A stretch of 63,989 bases of DNA, the filler included, from Reticulomyxa filosa (taxonomy: Eukaryota > Protista > Foraminifera), in the NCBI GenBank assembly GCA_000512085.1. It is 21 parts of 21 records of this genome, joined end to end, with 100 filler letters (N's around TTAATTAATTAA, not from the genome) between each part and the next. Parts side by side here need not be neighbours in the genome. Positions count along the whole stretch, not along the records: positions 12,450 to 21,292 come from ASPP01007888.1; positions 21,393 to 23,808 come from ASPP01012974.1; positions 23,909 to 27,121 come from ASPP01049484.1; 18 more parts are not named here. The stretch is one strand, 5' to 3'. Of this stretch, positions 13,137 to 25,478 are shown piece by piece. The notes under the pieces are model-generated. The model was not told where the DNA came from. It did not search any database and saw only the letters and a program-made list of their open reading frames with translations. The position numbers were made by a program, and so were the translations under genes. The stretch's first letter is position 1. Every line of letters begins with the position of its first letter.

Positions 13137-13726
13137 TTTCTACGGTGTCACGGTTTTTTTTTTTTTTTTGCGTTTACATTATTTATTTATACATATATGT
13201 GTACATGTCCCAAATGGTAGCACTACAAAAAAAATAATGAGCTTATCTCACTTGTTCTGGACAACATTTACCATATATGTTGATTTTTTCAACCATCGCA
13301 AGTGGCTATACCAATTCCTGCGAAGCATTATTAGGACAATGAGATTATCTCCGTATCTCAAACTTTTTTTTTTTTGTTTTGTTTAAGTTACCCTAAATCG
13401 CTGTCAGCTTTGCTTTTTTTTTTTCTTCTTTTCAATCGTTGATTGGGTTTTTCAAATACGTTTTATTGGTTTGTTAAAAATTTGGTATCTATATTTAAAA
13501 ATAAATATGTACTATTTGCAGTTTGACGTGATTTTACCAATGAAACTAAAGCGTTGGGTTTTATGAATATGATGTCTGCCCAAAGTTGCAACTTTTTAAA
13601 TTTGATAATTACCTCCATATTTTACACAGCTACAACAACAACAAAAAAAAAACAATGGAAGAAAAAAAACGTACATAGACAAAACAAAACAAAAACAAAC
13701 GTACACATCTCAACATTGACAATCCT

Positions 13727-14734
13727 TTACAAAACACAACAACACGCACAATGAGTCGAAGATGAGCGCGAGTGATTTACATGATTGACTTGAGACTGAT
13801 GAGGAGCCGGAAGAGAGCTTTTTCTGACTTGCCATACAAAAGAAGGAGGTCGAATGTTTTTCTGATACTCGCCAGTGTAAACTTGTGGAAGCAAGTGTTC
13901 AAACAAAAACTGAGGAGTGACAACATTATTTTGAAATTGAAAATTGATATCGTTTTCTTTTTCTTTTTCTTTTGCTTCTTCCAAGTAATTTTGACAAATG
14001 GGCAATCGAAACATTGCAACTGAGCAAATTTTTGGACAGCACTTTGTTCAAACTCAAGTGTCACTACATCCTTCATCAAAAACTCTTGCGTTTCTTCAAA
14101 CAAGTATTGAGAAAATTGTGAAATCAATTTGATTATGTCAACGGGAACCAACACAGAGTGCGCACACTCCGAACGGAACCAATGTTCCAACACACATTGA
14201 TGGTCGCGTTGCTGTGTCGCAAAACTTGGTTTTGCTGTCACATCCAAATATAGATCCAACTTTGTTCCAATCAATATAAATTTTTTACAGTTGGGTTGGA
14301 ATTTCAACACTTGCGGAAATAGTTCTTTTTGCAAGTGCACAAAACTTTCACTGTTGCACATGTCAAACACCAATAAAAATAGATCCGTCTGATTATATGA
14401 CAATGGTCGTAGTCGTGAATATGTACCGTCGCCGCCCGTGTCCCACAATTTCAGACCATACGTTTGCTCGTTCCATGTAAACTGTGGATATGAAAAGTGT
14501 TCAAATATTGTCGGGACATATCGTCCGTTTGACTGTTGTCCAAGAGCTCGGCGGCACAGTTCACTTTTCCCGACCTTTTTTTTTTTAAAGTAACCCTTTT
14601 TTTTTTTTTGAACTTTGAACAAGACAGAAGACGGGAAGAGTTAAAGTAACAACTTCTTTGGCTCCAACCACTACCACCTTGACCGAAAGGGAAGGATATA
14701 TCTCATTTTCCTCTTCAGACGGACTCGTTGTCAT
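13727..14734 (-). CDS. Atypical Rho/Rac-family small GTPase with insert and C-terminal CAAX; one apparent frameshift
   Basis: ATG at 14734. Intron 14653-14575 restores KVVVVGAKEVGKS. Motifs YVPTIFE, LWDTGGD..YSRLRPLSY, LIGTKLDL. The C-terminal ...HCACCCVL* lies in another frame, reached by adding one A near 13980. Confidence 0.85.
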
Positions 14735-15181
14735 TTTTTAAAAAAACATGCTCAACAGAAGTGACCCTTTTCCTACTTGTGTTCGTTTTGTTTTCTCCAG
14801 GAACTTGACACCTTGAATTACTATTTTTTTTAATGTAATGAAAACGCAATAAGAATGCAAAACAAGTAGCAACGGTGTAGTTACGCATATCATTTGAACA
14901 CCTCGGTTTCCCTTATCATCTTTTTTTCTTCCAAAAAAATCTTATTAAATATTTAGACCAAAAATAAAAATCACTTGGTAAAAGTGTGAATTAGTTAGGA
15001 GTTGTAAAAAAATTAAATGTAAAAACACACACAAAAGTAATATCTTGTTCGAATCGTTTGAAACACCGTCTTTTTTCGGCAATTGAAAAACTCATTTTAT
15101 TGTATTAAAATCTCTACAAAAAAACTTAGCAGAAAATTAACAATATAACTTAAGATCGATAAGCAAAGCTTTGAACAAAAG

Positions 15182-16876
15182 ATGAACATAGAAGATGATG
15201 AAAAAAAGAAAGAAAAAGTGAAAACTAGAGCGGCTCCAGTTTCTTTTGATCAACCGTGCTTTAACAAAAACTGGATACTTCAGTTAAATGAAGAAAAACA
15301 AGTTATTCACTTTGTTTGTTTAATTTGCAAACAAGTTGCAAATCATCCACTTGAAATCAATTGTCCTGAACATGAAAACATGGATGAACCATTGATCGTT
15401 GGAAAGCGTTGTTTGCAGCAATTTCTCGATAATAATACAACACTTGTCCAATCGATCCACATAACGGTTGTCAGTATCATGACATGAAACCATTGCAACT
15501 ACAAATTAACAATTTAACTGTGATCTGTCCACGTCAATTCCAGCAAGATTTGGAGGCACCAGAAAGTGGTGAAGAAGGAGTAGAAGGAAAGACATCAACA
15601 AAGCCAACATGTAATTTCAAAGGGAATATAAAAGAGTTAAATGATCACTTAAATAACTCCTGTCCGTTGAAATTGTTTGCATGTTGGTTTCAATCTTTTG
15701 GATGTGATCACTCATGTCTTAAGGAATTATTGGAAGAGCATTTGATTTCACAGAAAAAAAATCACTTTGATTTGGTTATCAAACATACGAAATCATTACA
15801 ACAAACCACTCAACATTGTCAAGTTTATTATTTTATCACTTTGTTTTGTCTCTCAGATTTGCAATAATAATAATAATAATAATAAAAATATATTTGTATT
15901 ATTAAAATAGGAAGAGTCAAGAAAATTACAAGTAGAAAATCAAACATTGGAGTCAGAAATGGAATTATTGAATAAAGAAATTTATTCAAAAAATGGTGAA
16001 ATTCAACAATTGAAAGACGAATTAAAATTAAAAGAAAAACAATTGTCGCAGAAAGGTGATGAACTCAAGGCAGTGCAAGAGCGCTCCCAACAAGCAATAT
16101 TCCGACATGATAGCGTATGTGCACTTTTGAAAAACGATTTTTCTGAAAAAGAAAGTCAAATTTTAAAACAAATGAACGAACTCACAAAATTGTTGGAAGA
16201 AAAAGACAATGAAATTGATCGACTTAAAAAGACAAACACACACAATGAACACAAAGTATGCTTATCCAAGTATCTATCAATTTTCAAAGAATGCATGAAT
16301 GCTATATTTTCCACTTTTAACAATAATTTCAAATTCCAATTGGTGTTTTTGATTTTAATCCTTGTCATGACATTGCGCTACTTCTTTAAATTGACACTTT
16401 TGGTTTTGGTCATTGTTATTTCGCTATTTCACAAACGTATTTTCGCTTATTGCGATTACAATTTAGGAAATTATTACTATGATCGTAAACAGTACGGTAA
16501 AGCTATTGAACGCTATGAAAAATCATTGAAATTAAGATTGAAAATTTTAGGAACAAACCATGTAGATGTTGCTTGGTCGTATAATTGTTTGGGAAACTCT
16601 TATTTCAATAATAAACAATTTGATGAATCAATCGGATGCCATGAAAAAGCATTGCAAATAAGGAAGGAGTTATTTGGGAATGCAGATAGAGTAGCTGGTG
16701 ACTCAAATTGGAATTTGGGATTATCATTCGAAGGCAAAAAAGAAAAAAAAACAGCTTTGAAATATTATGAAGAAGCATACAAAATCTACGCTAAAGTATT
16801 GGGAAAGTCACACGAACAAACATTGAAAGCAAAAACAAAGGTCAAAGAGTTAGGAGGATGGTTTGCGACATGGTGA
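15182..16876 (+). CDS. RING-like/TRAF zinc finger - coiled coil - two TM segments - TPR protein; one apparent frameshift
   Basis: CLICKQVA...CPEH...CL...CP (frame restored by +1 A near 15437). TRAF-type ICP...CNFKG...HL..SC and CWFQSFGC. Intron 15823-15910. Coiled coil, hydrophobic hairpin, then kinesin-light-chain-like TPRs (KILGTNHVDVAWSYNCLG). Confidence 0.8.
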
Positions 16877-17255
16877 CAACTAAAGCGATAGCATAAACAT
16901 GTGCTTGCGCTGATCTCTTTTCTTGTGAATCGCGCATTTTTTTTTGAAAAAAAGCGTTTGGATAATCGTGTAATAATTTTTGAAAGGGGCACTATTTGTT
17001 CCAAAAAGATTCACGTTCCTTCAACTGTAAATAAAATTTTTTAAATCTTTTGTTATTATTGAGCTACTCGTGTTTCATTGTAACGATAATATATTTGAAT
17101 TATCTCAACTAAACAATGTTTTAATTTGTAATGTGGCAAAACATTTGAATATCAGAAAAAAAATAATTGAATTTCAAAAACAAAAAAAATCGAGTGAATG
17201 CAGAGATTTGAATCTTGCATTAAAAGAAAGATATTCAATTGATTATGTATATCAT

Positions 17256-18408
17256 TCACCTCCAAATTTGGATTGTTTGATCGACAGAGCATGACACAAT
17301 GAAATTATTATCTGATGAAATGGCAATACTTGCCACCCGATCGGAATGTCCTTTTAATCTCTGTATTTCATCTCCTGATTTCGCATCCCACAAACGAACT
17401 GTCTTATCTTCTGAGCAAGAAATAATTGTCTTTCCATCTGGGAAGTATTTGACATCTCTTACAATATCAGAATGTCCTTTTATTTCTTTTATTTGTTTTC
17501 CTGATTCCACATCCCATATTCGAATTGTTTTGTCAAATGAACAAGAAACGATAAATTGACCATCTGGAGAGAATCTTGCTCGTGTCACAGTATTTGAATG
17601 CCCTTTTAATTTTTTCAATCTTTTACCTGATTTCACGCCCCACAAACTAATTATTTTGTCATTAGAAGATGATACAATCGTTTGACAATCAGGAGAAAAT
17701 TGTACACTCAGTACACCACGTGAATAAACTATCACCTTTTTGATCTCTCTTCCCGAATCTACATCCCATAATCTTATTGTTTCGTCATAAGAGCCTGATA
17801 CAATATATTTACCATCTGAAGAAAAGCTTACACTCAATATTGGTTTTGCATGTCCTCTACATTGCAATAGCTCATTTCCCGATTCTACATCCCATAATCG
17901 AATTGTTTTATCCCACGAGCAAGTCACAACTTTACGCCCATCTGGTGAAAATTCTGCACAACTGGTCCAATCACGATGTCCTTTGAAAGTTTGAATTTGT
18001 TCCCCAGACATGGCATCCCATATCCGAACCATGTTATCATTTGACGATGAAATCATGTTATATCCAACTGCTGAAAAACTTACACTATTTACTTGTTTGC
18101 CATATCCTTGCAACATTTTTAGCAATTGGAAAGACTTAGCCTATTTTAAAATGGTAATGATTAAGATTTCACAGTGTCAAAAAAAAAAACAGCTTAACGT
18201 ATTTGGCGACCATTTTATCAAACTCACGGATCCATCCCAATCTCACTTGTAAAATTCGAAGCCAATTTTGAATGATTAACTTAGTCTCTTTTTCGGACTA
18301 GTTTATTGCAAGAAAACTCATTTCTTTGTTTTATTTCAATAACAAACAAATTTATTGGATGCCTACCACTTGTACTATATCCTTCTTTTTGTGGATGGTA
18401 GTGTTCAT
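17256..18408 (-). CDS. WD40-repeat protein (about 7 repeats) with short N-terminal helical motif, 3 exons
   Basis: Spliced: MNTTIHKKKDIVQV|SEKETKLIIQNWLRILQVRLGWIREFDKMVAKY|AKSFQLL..., followed by regular GH...FSPDG..SCS.DKTIRLWD repeats. Confidence 0.88.
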
Positions 18409-18569
18409 TAGTACAAATCAATTTCAAAATAAATTTGAACTTTTTTAAAGCTCTTGTTTGTTTACATTTCTTTCACATTTTTATGTAAAGTTAAATTGAA
18501 ATTGAAAAAAAAACTTTTTGTTTAAATCAATTATTTGTTTAGTGTTTTATCAAAAATTGAACAGGAAAG

Positions 18570-19360
18570 ATTTCTAAAAAGTTTGAATTTTTTTTCCTGA
18601 TGAGACATCCCATATTCGAACTGTGTCATCATCTGATGACGAAACAATTTTGCGCCATGTTTAAACTGTTGTGGCAAAGGGAGATTTGAGAATAACTTGC
18701 ATATGATATCAGAAGTGATGCTTAATCAAATTAAACAAATCTAAATGCCCTTGTGATAATTGAAGCTGCTTCCACAGACGAAAAGTTTTATTATATGAGC
18801 CTGACACAATCTTGGAGTAATTAAAAGAAAATTGAGCACACGTAACATTATCGGAATGTCCTTTGAAATAAGCATGTTCGCCAAAGTGAACTTCATTTAT
18901 GGACGCATTTGTGAAATTCTTGTTAAGGAAAGCTTAGAAGATCCAAAATAGCCTTTTTGAAGCTGTTCCTTCGAGAAAGGTACGATCAAGGATGGCATGA
19001 AGTATGCTGACATTATCCCAATTTTGATACCTCATACATACACTTACTGCACTAATATGGTTACAAATTTGCGGTGCGGCTAATACAGTTGGACTATTTT
19101 TGGATGATTCAATGATTCGAAATAGTTGTTTCAGATGCACAAATTCTTGAGTTTGATAGTGAATCCGATCTGCGATACATCTGGTAATTTCAGGCTCATC
19201 ATGAGTAATCTGTACTTGACGTGTAGGTCAGAGACATTCCATGCAATATCAAATACAGTTCTTTTAGATGCAAAGGACTGTATTTGTGACCAATTTTTCT
19301 AGCAAATATTTTGCAAACTGTCGCGTCTAAAATATTTTTGCCAAACTCTTCCACCATTTT
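18570..19360 (-). pseudogene. Relic of a NACHT/pentapeptide/WD40 (STAND, NLR-like) gene, post-NACHT region
   Basis: LKQLFRIIESSKN...HAILDRTFLEGT, then NFTNASINEVHFGEHAYFKGHSDNVTCAQFS..SKIVSGSY and KIVSSSDDDTVRIWD, with stops and frameshifts. The NACHT domain itself is not visible; the family call is from recall of this linker region. Confidence 0.6.
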
Positions 19361-19929
19361 CCGAAGATTTGAATATAGATTGCCTTTTTATGTTATTCGA
19401 ATTTTAATGTCTGTTATCACTAAAGTCAACTTAATGCTGGATGTGCATCAGTATAGTCAAAATTGCTCTAAATTTTAAGGGACGCATAAAACATTCTTTT
19501 TTAAATAGAAAAAACAAAAAAAAGAGCAATCTTTAGGTAGCCAAATATTGAAAAAAAAAGTTGTGAAGATGAAAGCTTACCGACCGTAGTGTTTCATTTC
19601 CCTTTTCATAATCGTATTATTCATTTCGGGCTGGTTTGATCTTTATCTCTTTTTTTTAACTTAGAGAATAAAACTTTTTTAGAATCCTTGAAACGATATT
19701 TAGTTTTGTTTTGTAAATGCAATTTATCAATTTGAAAAAATGAATTAAATGAAGAAGAGAAATAAGAATAAGAAGAAATTCAAGTAGTGTGGCGAAATTT
19801 CTCAAAAAATACCCCTTAAAGTGATATGAATCGATGGTTTCATTAACATAAAATAAAAGAGTAGATTTGCTTAGTTTTTTTCTTCGAAAAAAAATAACAT
19901 AAAAATTTATCTATTTTAATTTGATTATA

Positions 19930-21069
19930 TTATCCCCAAATTTGGATTGTATAATCACTTGAACAAGATACAATTGTATTACCATTTGATGATATATCTA
20001 TTCCTAATATACTCCTGAAGCATCCTTTTATTTCTTGTATTTTTTGTCTTGATTTTATGTCCCATAAACAAATTGTTTCATCATTTGAACAAGATAAAAT
20101 AGTTTGACCTTCTGGAAAATATTTTACATCAGTTATAATACCTCGATGTCCTTTTAATATTTGTGTTTGTTTTCCTGATTGAATATTCCATATTCTAATT
20201 GTTTTATCTGATGAACATGATACAATAAATTGACAATTTGGAGAAAATTTTGCACGTAATACATCATATAAATGTCCTGTTAATTGTTTTAATATTTCAC
20301 CTGTTTTTACATTCCATAAAGAAATTCTTCCATCCTTTGATGATGATATAATGATTTGATTGTCTGTTGAAAATTGTACATATTTTACACTACCAGAACG
20401 ATATATTAATTCTTTAATCTCTTTTTTAGAGTGTATATCCCATAATTTTATTGTTTTATCAGTAGAACATGATACAATTTTTTTACCATCAGAAGAAAAA
20501 TTTACATATAATACTAAATCTTTATGTCCTTCCAATTTTTTCATTTCTTTTCCTGTTTTTATATCCCATAATCGAATTGTTTTATCATTAGAACAAGAAA
20601 TAATTGTAGTTCCATCTGGTGAAAATTCTGCAACATTAACCCAATCTAAATGTCCTATTAAATGTTGAATTTGTTTACCTGATTCGACATCCCATATTCG
20701 AACTGTTTTATCAGTAGATGATGAAACAATCATACGACCATCTGTTGAAAATTTTACACTTTTTACTTCTCTGTCATGTCCAGTGAAAATTCTTAATAAT
20801 TTAAAATATTTAGCCTAATTTTGATATCAAAAAAAAGGATAATAATAATAAATATTCTCAAATAGATTTTAAAAAATCACTTAACATATTTGATAACAAT
20901 TTTATCAAAATCATTTATCCATCCTAGTTTCACATTTAAAATACGAAGCCAGTTTTTGGTCACTGTTGTTACTTCTTTCTCTGACTTTTTTGTTGTTAAT
21001 TCAGCAATTCAACAAGAATACATTAGTTCAATGATAGAGAGTTACCAATTGTGGTGCCGTAGTAGCCAT
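19930..21069 (-). CDS. WD40-repeat protein, paralog of 17256-18408 with the same exon structure
   Basis: Spliced: MATTAPQL|SEKEVTTVTKNWLRILNVKLGWINDFDKIVIKY|AKYFKLLRIFTGH..., about 7 WD repeats ending TIQIWG*. Confidence 0.88.
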
Positions 21070-21502
21070 TTAATATAAAAATAAAGAAAAATTTGAAGGA
21101 TTAAAACATAAACTTTGAACTTTTGTGCCTCCTTGTGTTCGCAAATTCATTAAAAATATTGTATTAATTTTTCATTCTTTAGAATCTGCTACAAGTGTCA
21201 TATGTATGGATAAATCAAATGAATTATATTTTATCTCCAATAGAGAGTAAGTACTATGATTCAAAATGAAAATTCGTCCCCTTACAAAAAAANNNNNNNN
21301 NNNNNNNNNNNNNNNNNNNNNNNNNNNNNNNNNNNNTTAATTAATTAANNNNNNNNNNNNNNNNNNNNNNNNNNNNNNNNNNNNNNNNNNNNTTTAATCT
21401 TTTTCCTCCTTTTTGCTTCCCCCCCCCCCCTTTTTTTTTTTTTTTTAAGAATATATTCAATCACACAGTGCAAAAAAAAAAAATAAAATACGTATACTCT
21501 GA

Positions 21503-21796
21503 ACAGTCCAACAGCAGCCAATATCGAACAATCGAATAATGAATAACAATAGCAACGGGATGCCAAGCAACATGCAAAACAAGATTCAAAATAACGTGCA
21601 AAGTAGCGTAGCAAATGACGACAGTCGGAGACAGGTACAGGCGAAGCAATGGGACATTGACTTGGAAGATGACGAAGTGAACAACAGTTACAACAATGGC
21701 GACTACTTTGAGAAGCCTCCGCAAAGGGAGCTAAATCCCCCCAAATTGGTCCTTTCACCAAGGAATATGTCACCACCTTCCTTGAATGTTAGCAAC

Positions 21797-21833
<37 letters not shown>

Positions 21834-23745
21834 GCAGTAACAATGCAATAATTCTAAATAACAACAATAGCAAAAGCTACAATAGTTACAACAATAATTA
21901 TAGTAATAATAACTACAGCAACACCAACGTGAACATGACTATGAGCAAGAATAACAATAGCAATAGCAATGGTTACAACAGCAACAACAGTTACAATAAT
22001 GGCAATAGTTCAAAAGCGCTGATAAACAACGTGTCTGTGTCAGCGTCAGAGAATGATGTCGACGAAAATGAAGTGGTTCAAATTGATTACGGCAATAGTG
22101 ACAATCGGACCCACGTTGAGAGTTACAGCAATGACAACCACCATGTGTACAACGACTATGGTGGGAACAATCAAGGACAGTATCATTTCAATAATTACAA
22201 TGAACGCGTGGGTAATGACCAGTTCAACATGTACGAAAAACAAGGTTAGCCACTGGTTTGCTTTTTTGGCCGTCTTTTTTCCTATCTTGAAATTTTTTTT
22301 TTTTTTATTCGATGAAGGATAAATGTTGTATATATGAACACATGTATACATTCGAGATGCAAAAAAGAAGTTTGATGGAACACAAAAATAAATAAATAAA
22401 TAAATAAAAGGTAGATACTCCAATTTTGCAGAAGACATGGCCATGTTGTCAACTGTGCCAAAAGTCCCAGAGTTGATTGAAGTCCCAGAATTCAATTCTG
22501 ACCCAGTTCTTTTTTTAAATCACAATTACAAAAAAAAAAAATAAAAAATAAAAAAATAACTTGTGTAAAAAGAAAATTTTGTTTTTTACGTATACGTTTT
22601 ATATATATACGTTTTCGCGTTTTTATTACTTTTATTTTTGCTTGCTTCTTGAATGTGGACACATCAGGAGATTCTCGAATTAAACCGACAATGTGGATTC
22701 ATAATACTACTGAACAGCCGGTTACTAGAATTGCAGTTGGAAAGCAAACTGAATTTCCCTAAGTTGGACATTGGGAAAAGAGAGGATAAATTGAAGGTAA
22801 TATTTTGTTTTCTTTTCTCAGAGATATGAAAGACGATCGCATCACTATATAAACGCACATATATAAACAACAACAACAGGAACTGTTCGGAACACACTAC
22901 GAGAAGATAATCCAAGAAAAGGCGGAATTGGAACGCACTCGTCGCAATAACGAAAAGGAGTTGAACCAATTGCGTCCATTGCGCCAAATCAACCAAGATT
23001 TGACGCGCGAAATTAACCGCTTGCGAGAAAGCAATCGATCTATTTTATCCAATGTCAAGTCTATTGTTAAGTCGCAATGATAAAAAAAACAAATAAATAA
23101 ATATACAATATATATGTATATATATATATATACATATATATTGTATATTTATTTATTTATTTATTTGGCTTATTTAATTTATTCATTGTTGATTTTGTAT
23201 ATATAAATACCAACGAACAGCAAAATGCAGATATCCGATCGATGCTGTCCGAAAAGAGTAGACAATATGTGCAAGACATTGAGTACCAATTGAACTATTA
23301 TCGTATGCAAGTGGCGACATTGTTGCGCGAGGTGGAGAACTTGAGATATGCATGCAACGGGTGTATGGATCGCATGAGCCAAGCGCAGTCGGATCTGACG
23401 ACGGCGAGGGATGAGCTGTCGGGCCTGTTGGCGCAAATGCACGAAGTGGACGAGCGCACGAATGCCGACAAGGAGGACGTGTGTCGTCTGAAAGTGGAAA
23501 TGGAGCAAATGAGGTCGCAGATCGACGCCGACAAGCAAGCTTTGCAATGGCAGCTGGAACATATCAAAAATGAAAAGGAGGTGCTCAGCGAGGCCCTGTC
23601 CAATGAGCGGTCTAAACAAGCCGCGTTGCAGTACGAAGTGTCTTCGGAAAACAAGTACGCCAAGCAAGTCAAAGAACTGCAAGACCAATTGAGTATGATC
23701 GAAGCTAACAAAATTCAAGTCCAAGATCAGTGGGAAAAAGTTACC
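21503..23745 (+). CDS. Hypothetical protein fragment: Asn-rich region followed by a long coiled coil, multi-exon
   Basis: ORF 21539-22249 is poly-N. ORF 23242-23760 is heptad-rich (E/Q/K/L). Small exons lie between them. Truncated by linkers. Confidence 0.6.
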
Positions 23746-24698
23746 CCCCCTTTTTTTTAACTTTAAAAAAAAAAAAAAAAAATAATTTTTTAAAAAAAAA
23801 AAAAAAAANNNNNNNNNNNNNNNNNNNNNNNNNNNNNNNNNNNNNNNNNNNNTTAATTAATTAANNNNNNNNNNNNNNNNNNNNNNNNNNNNNNNNNNNN
23901 NNNNNNNNATTTTTCCAAAAATAGAAAACTGGACATTATGCAATTGAATTATGTTAAGAGCAACATCAAGCCCGTTTTTGCAAAAAAAATGAAATCACTG
24001 GTATTGAGATGCAGAATTAAATAAGTGACTTTTTCAAAAGATGACAATGGTTACTATATCGACAATTGCATATTATTCCAACAAAAATTTGCTTAACTTT
24101 AGCATTTTAAAATAATTTTATTAAAGAAAAAATTACGATTAATAAAATATAACAATTTCAAGCCTAGTTTTCTTTTAAAATGCAAATTGAAATACTCCTA
24201 TAAATTGTGAAAATTGTCTTTTTATTTTTATCAAACAAATGTTAGTCGATTTTTTTGAAAAAATTAAAAATATCATACATTTTCTTTGTACCAACTTAGA
24301 ACAACATAAATCTGTTGGAAATTGAATGCAATGATGTTTATTCCCAATTATTATGCCGCAACTCTACAAATGTACAACAAAAAGTATCTCAAAATTGTCA
24401 TCAAATGTTGTCTTTTTTATCCAACAAACAATTAGAAATAATTTCATTATTATATTCTAGTAACAAAAAACCTTACTACAAAACTAAAAAGAATTTTTTC
24501 GATAAAAAGTGTGGCAATATTATGTATGCAATCAATCAAAAAATGTTAAACATATAAAATTAAGTTCTATTAACTACGAGAAATTTTGACGGAAAAGGAA
24601 TATATTTAAGATTTTCCAAATTCAGAAACGTTGGCAAACAGTTCTGTTGTCAGTACTTCAGGACCAACAAAAATCCCCTTTTTCTTTTTCAAAGAAAA

Positions 24699-25478
24699 AT
24701 GTCAAAAATAAGATCCGGTCATACATACAATTTTTTAAGTTTCCAAACCTCAGAAGAAGAAGAAGAAGCATTTTTCAAAAGCTTATTGGAAGAGTGTCTC
24801 TACTCTTTGATCCCTTGTTCTGAAAGTAAAGACGACATAGTGAGAATGAGCCAGAGCAAACACCCTCTGAAGTATGTCCAGGAATACTTGCGAATGGCAC
24901 ATGAGGTAACAATAGATAAGGAGAGTTTGGACTATCTGAATCATCACGAAATGTTTTACATATGCGGCATGACGGACAGTCTCCAGTATTGGATGATTGT
25001 TGTTGAAAAGAAGTCATTTGTTGTATGTTGCGAAAACGGCGGATTGTCGTCAAATGACACTTTGTCGTCGCTTAAGCTTTTCAAAATTATACATCACAAC
25101 ATCGCATCAATTTGTTTGAACACTGCCAAGTCGATGATGGTTCATACAACAGAGCCAATATCGTGAGTTCTGATGGGTCGTCGAACAAGGGTTCTCATCA
25201 CAAATTTATTTAAAACTTCAAAAAAAAAGCATTGCAACGATATTGGAAGGCACTTTGTGGAGTCTTTTCATGGACACGACTTTTTGATCGAAGATCTACT
25301 AATGTACAGTGGTAAGTTGTTGATGAACGAGACTGTCCCAACAGCAAATTGTGGAGATATTTCGGGGATTGAAAATGTAATGGTGAAAAGGATAAAATCA
25401 ACAACAATCACAGCAAACTTGCATTTGACTTTCGAGGAAAGCATCACGGCAAAAATGTTGGTACCGCAGATGAAATAG
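24699..25478 (+). pseudogene. Intronless hypothetical ORF interrupted by one in-frame TGA
   Basis: ORFs 24699-25166 and 25173-25478 are in the same frame, separated only by TGA-GTT-CTG. No recognisable domain. Confidence 0.4.
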
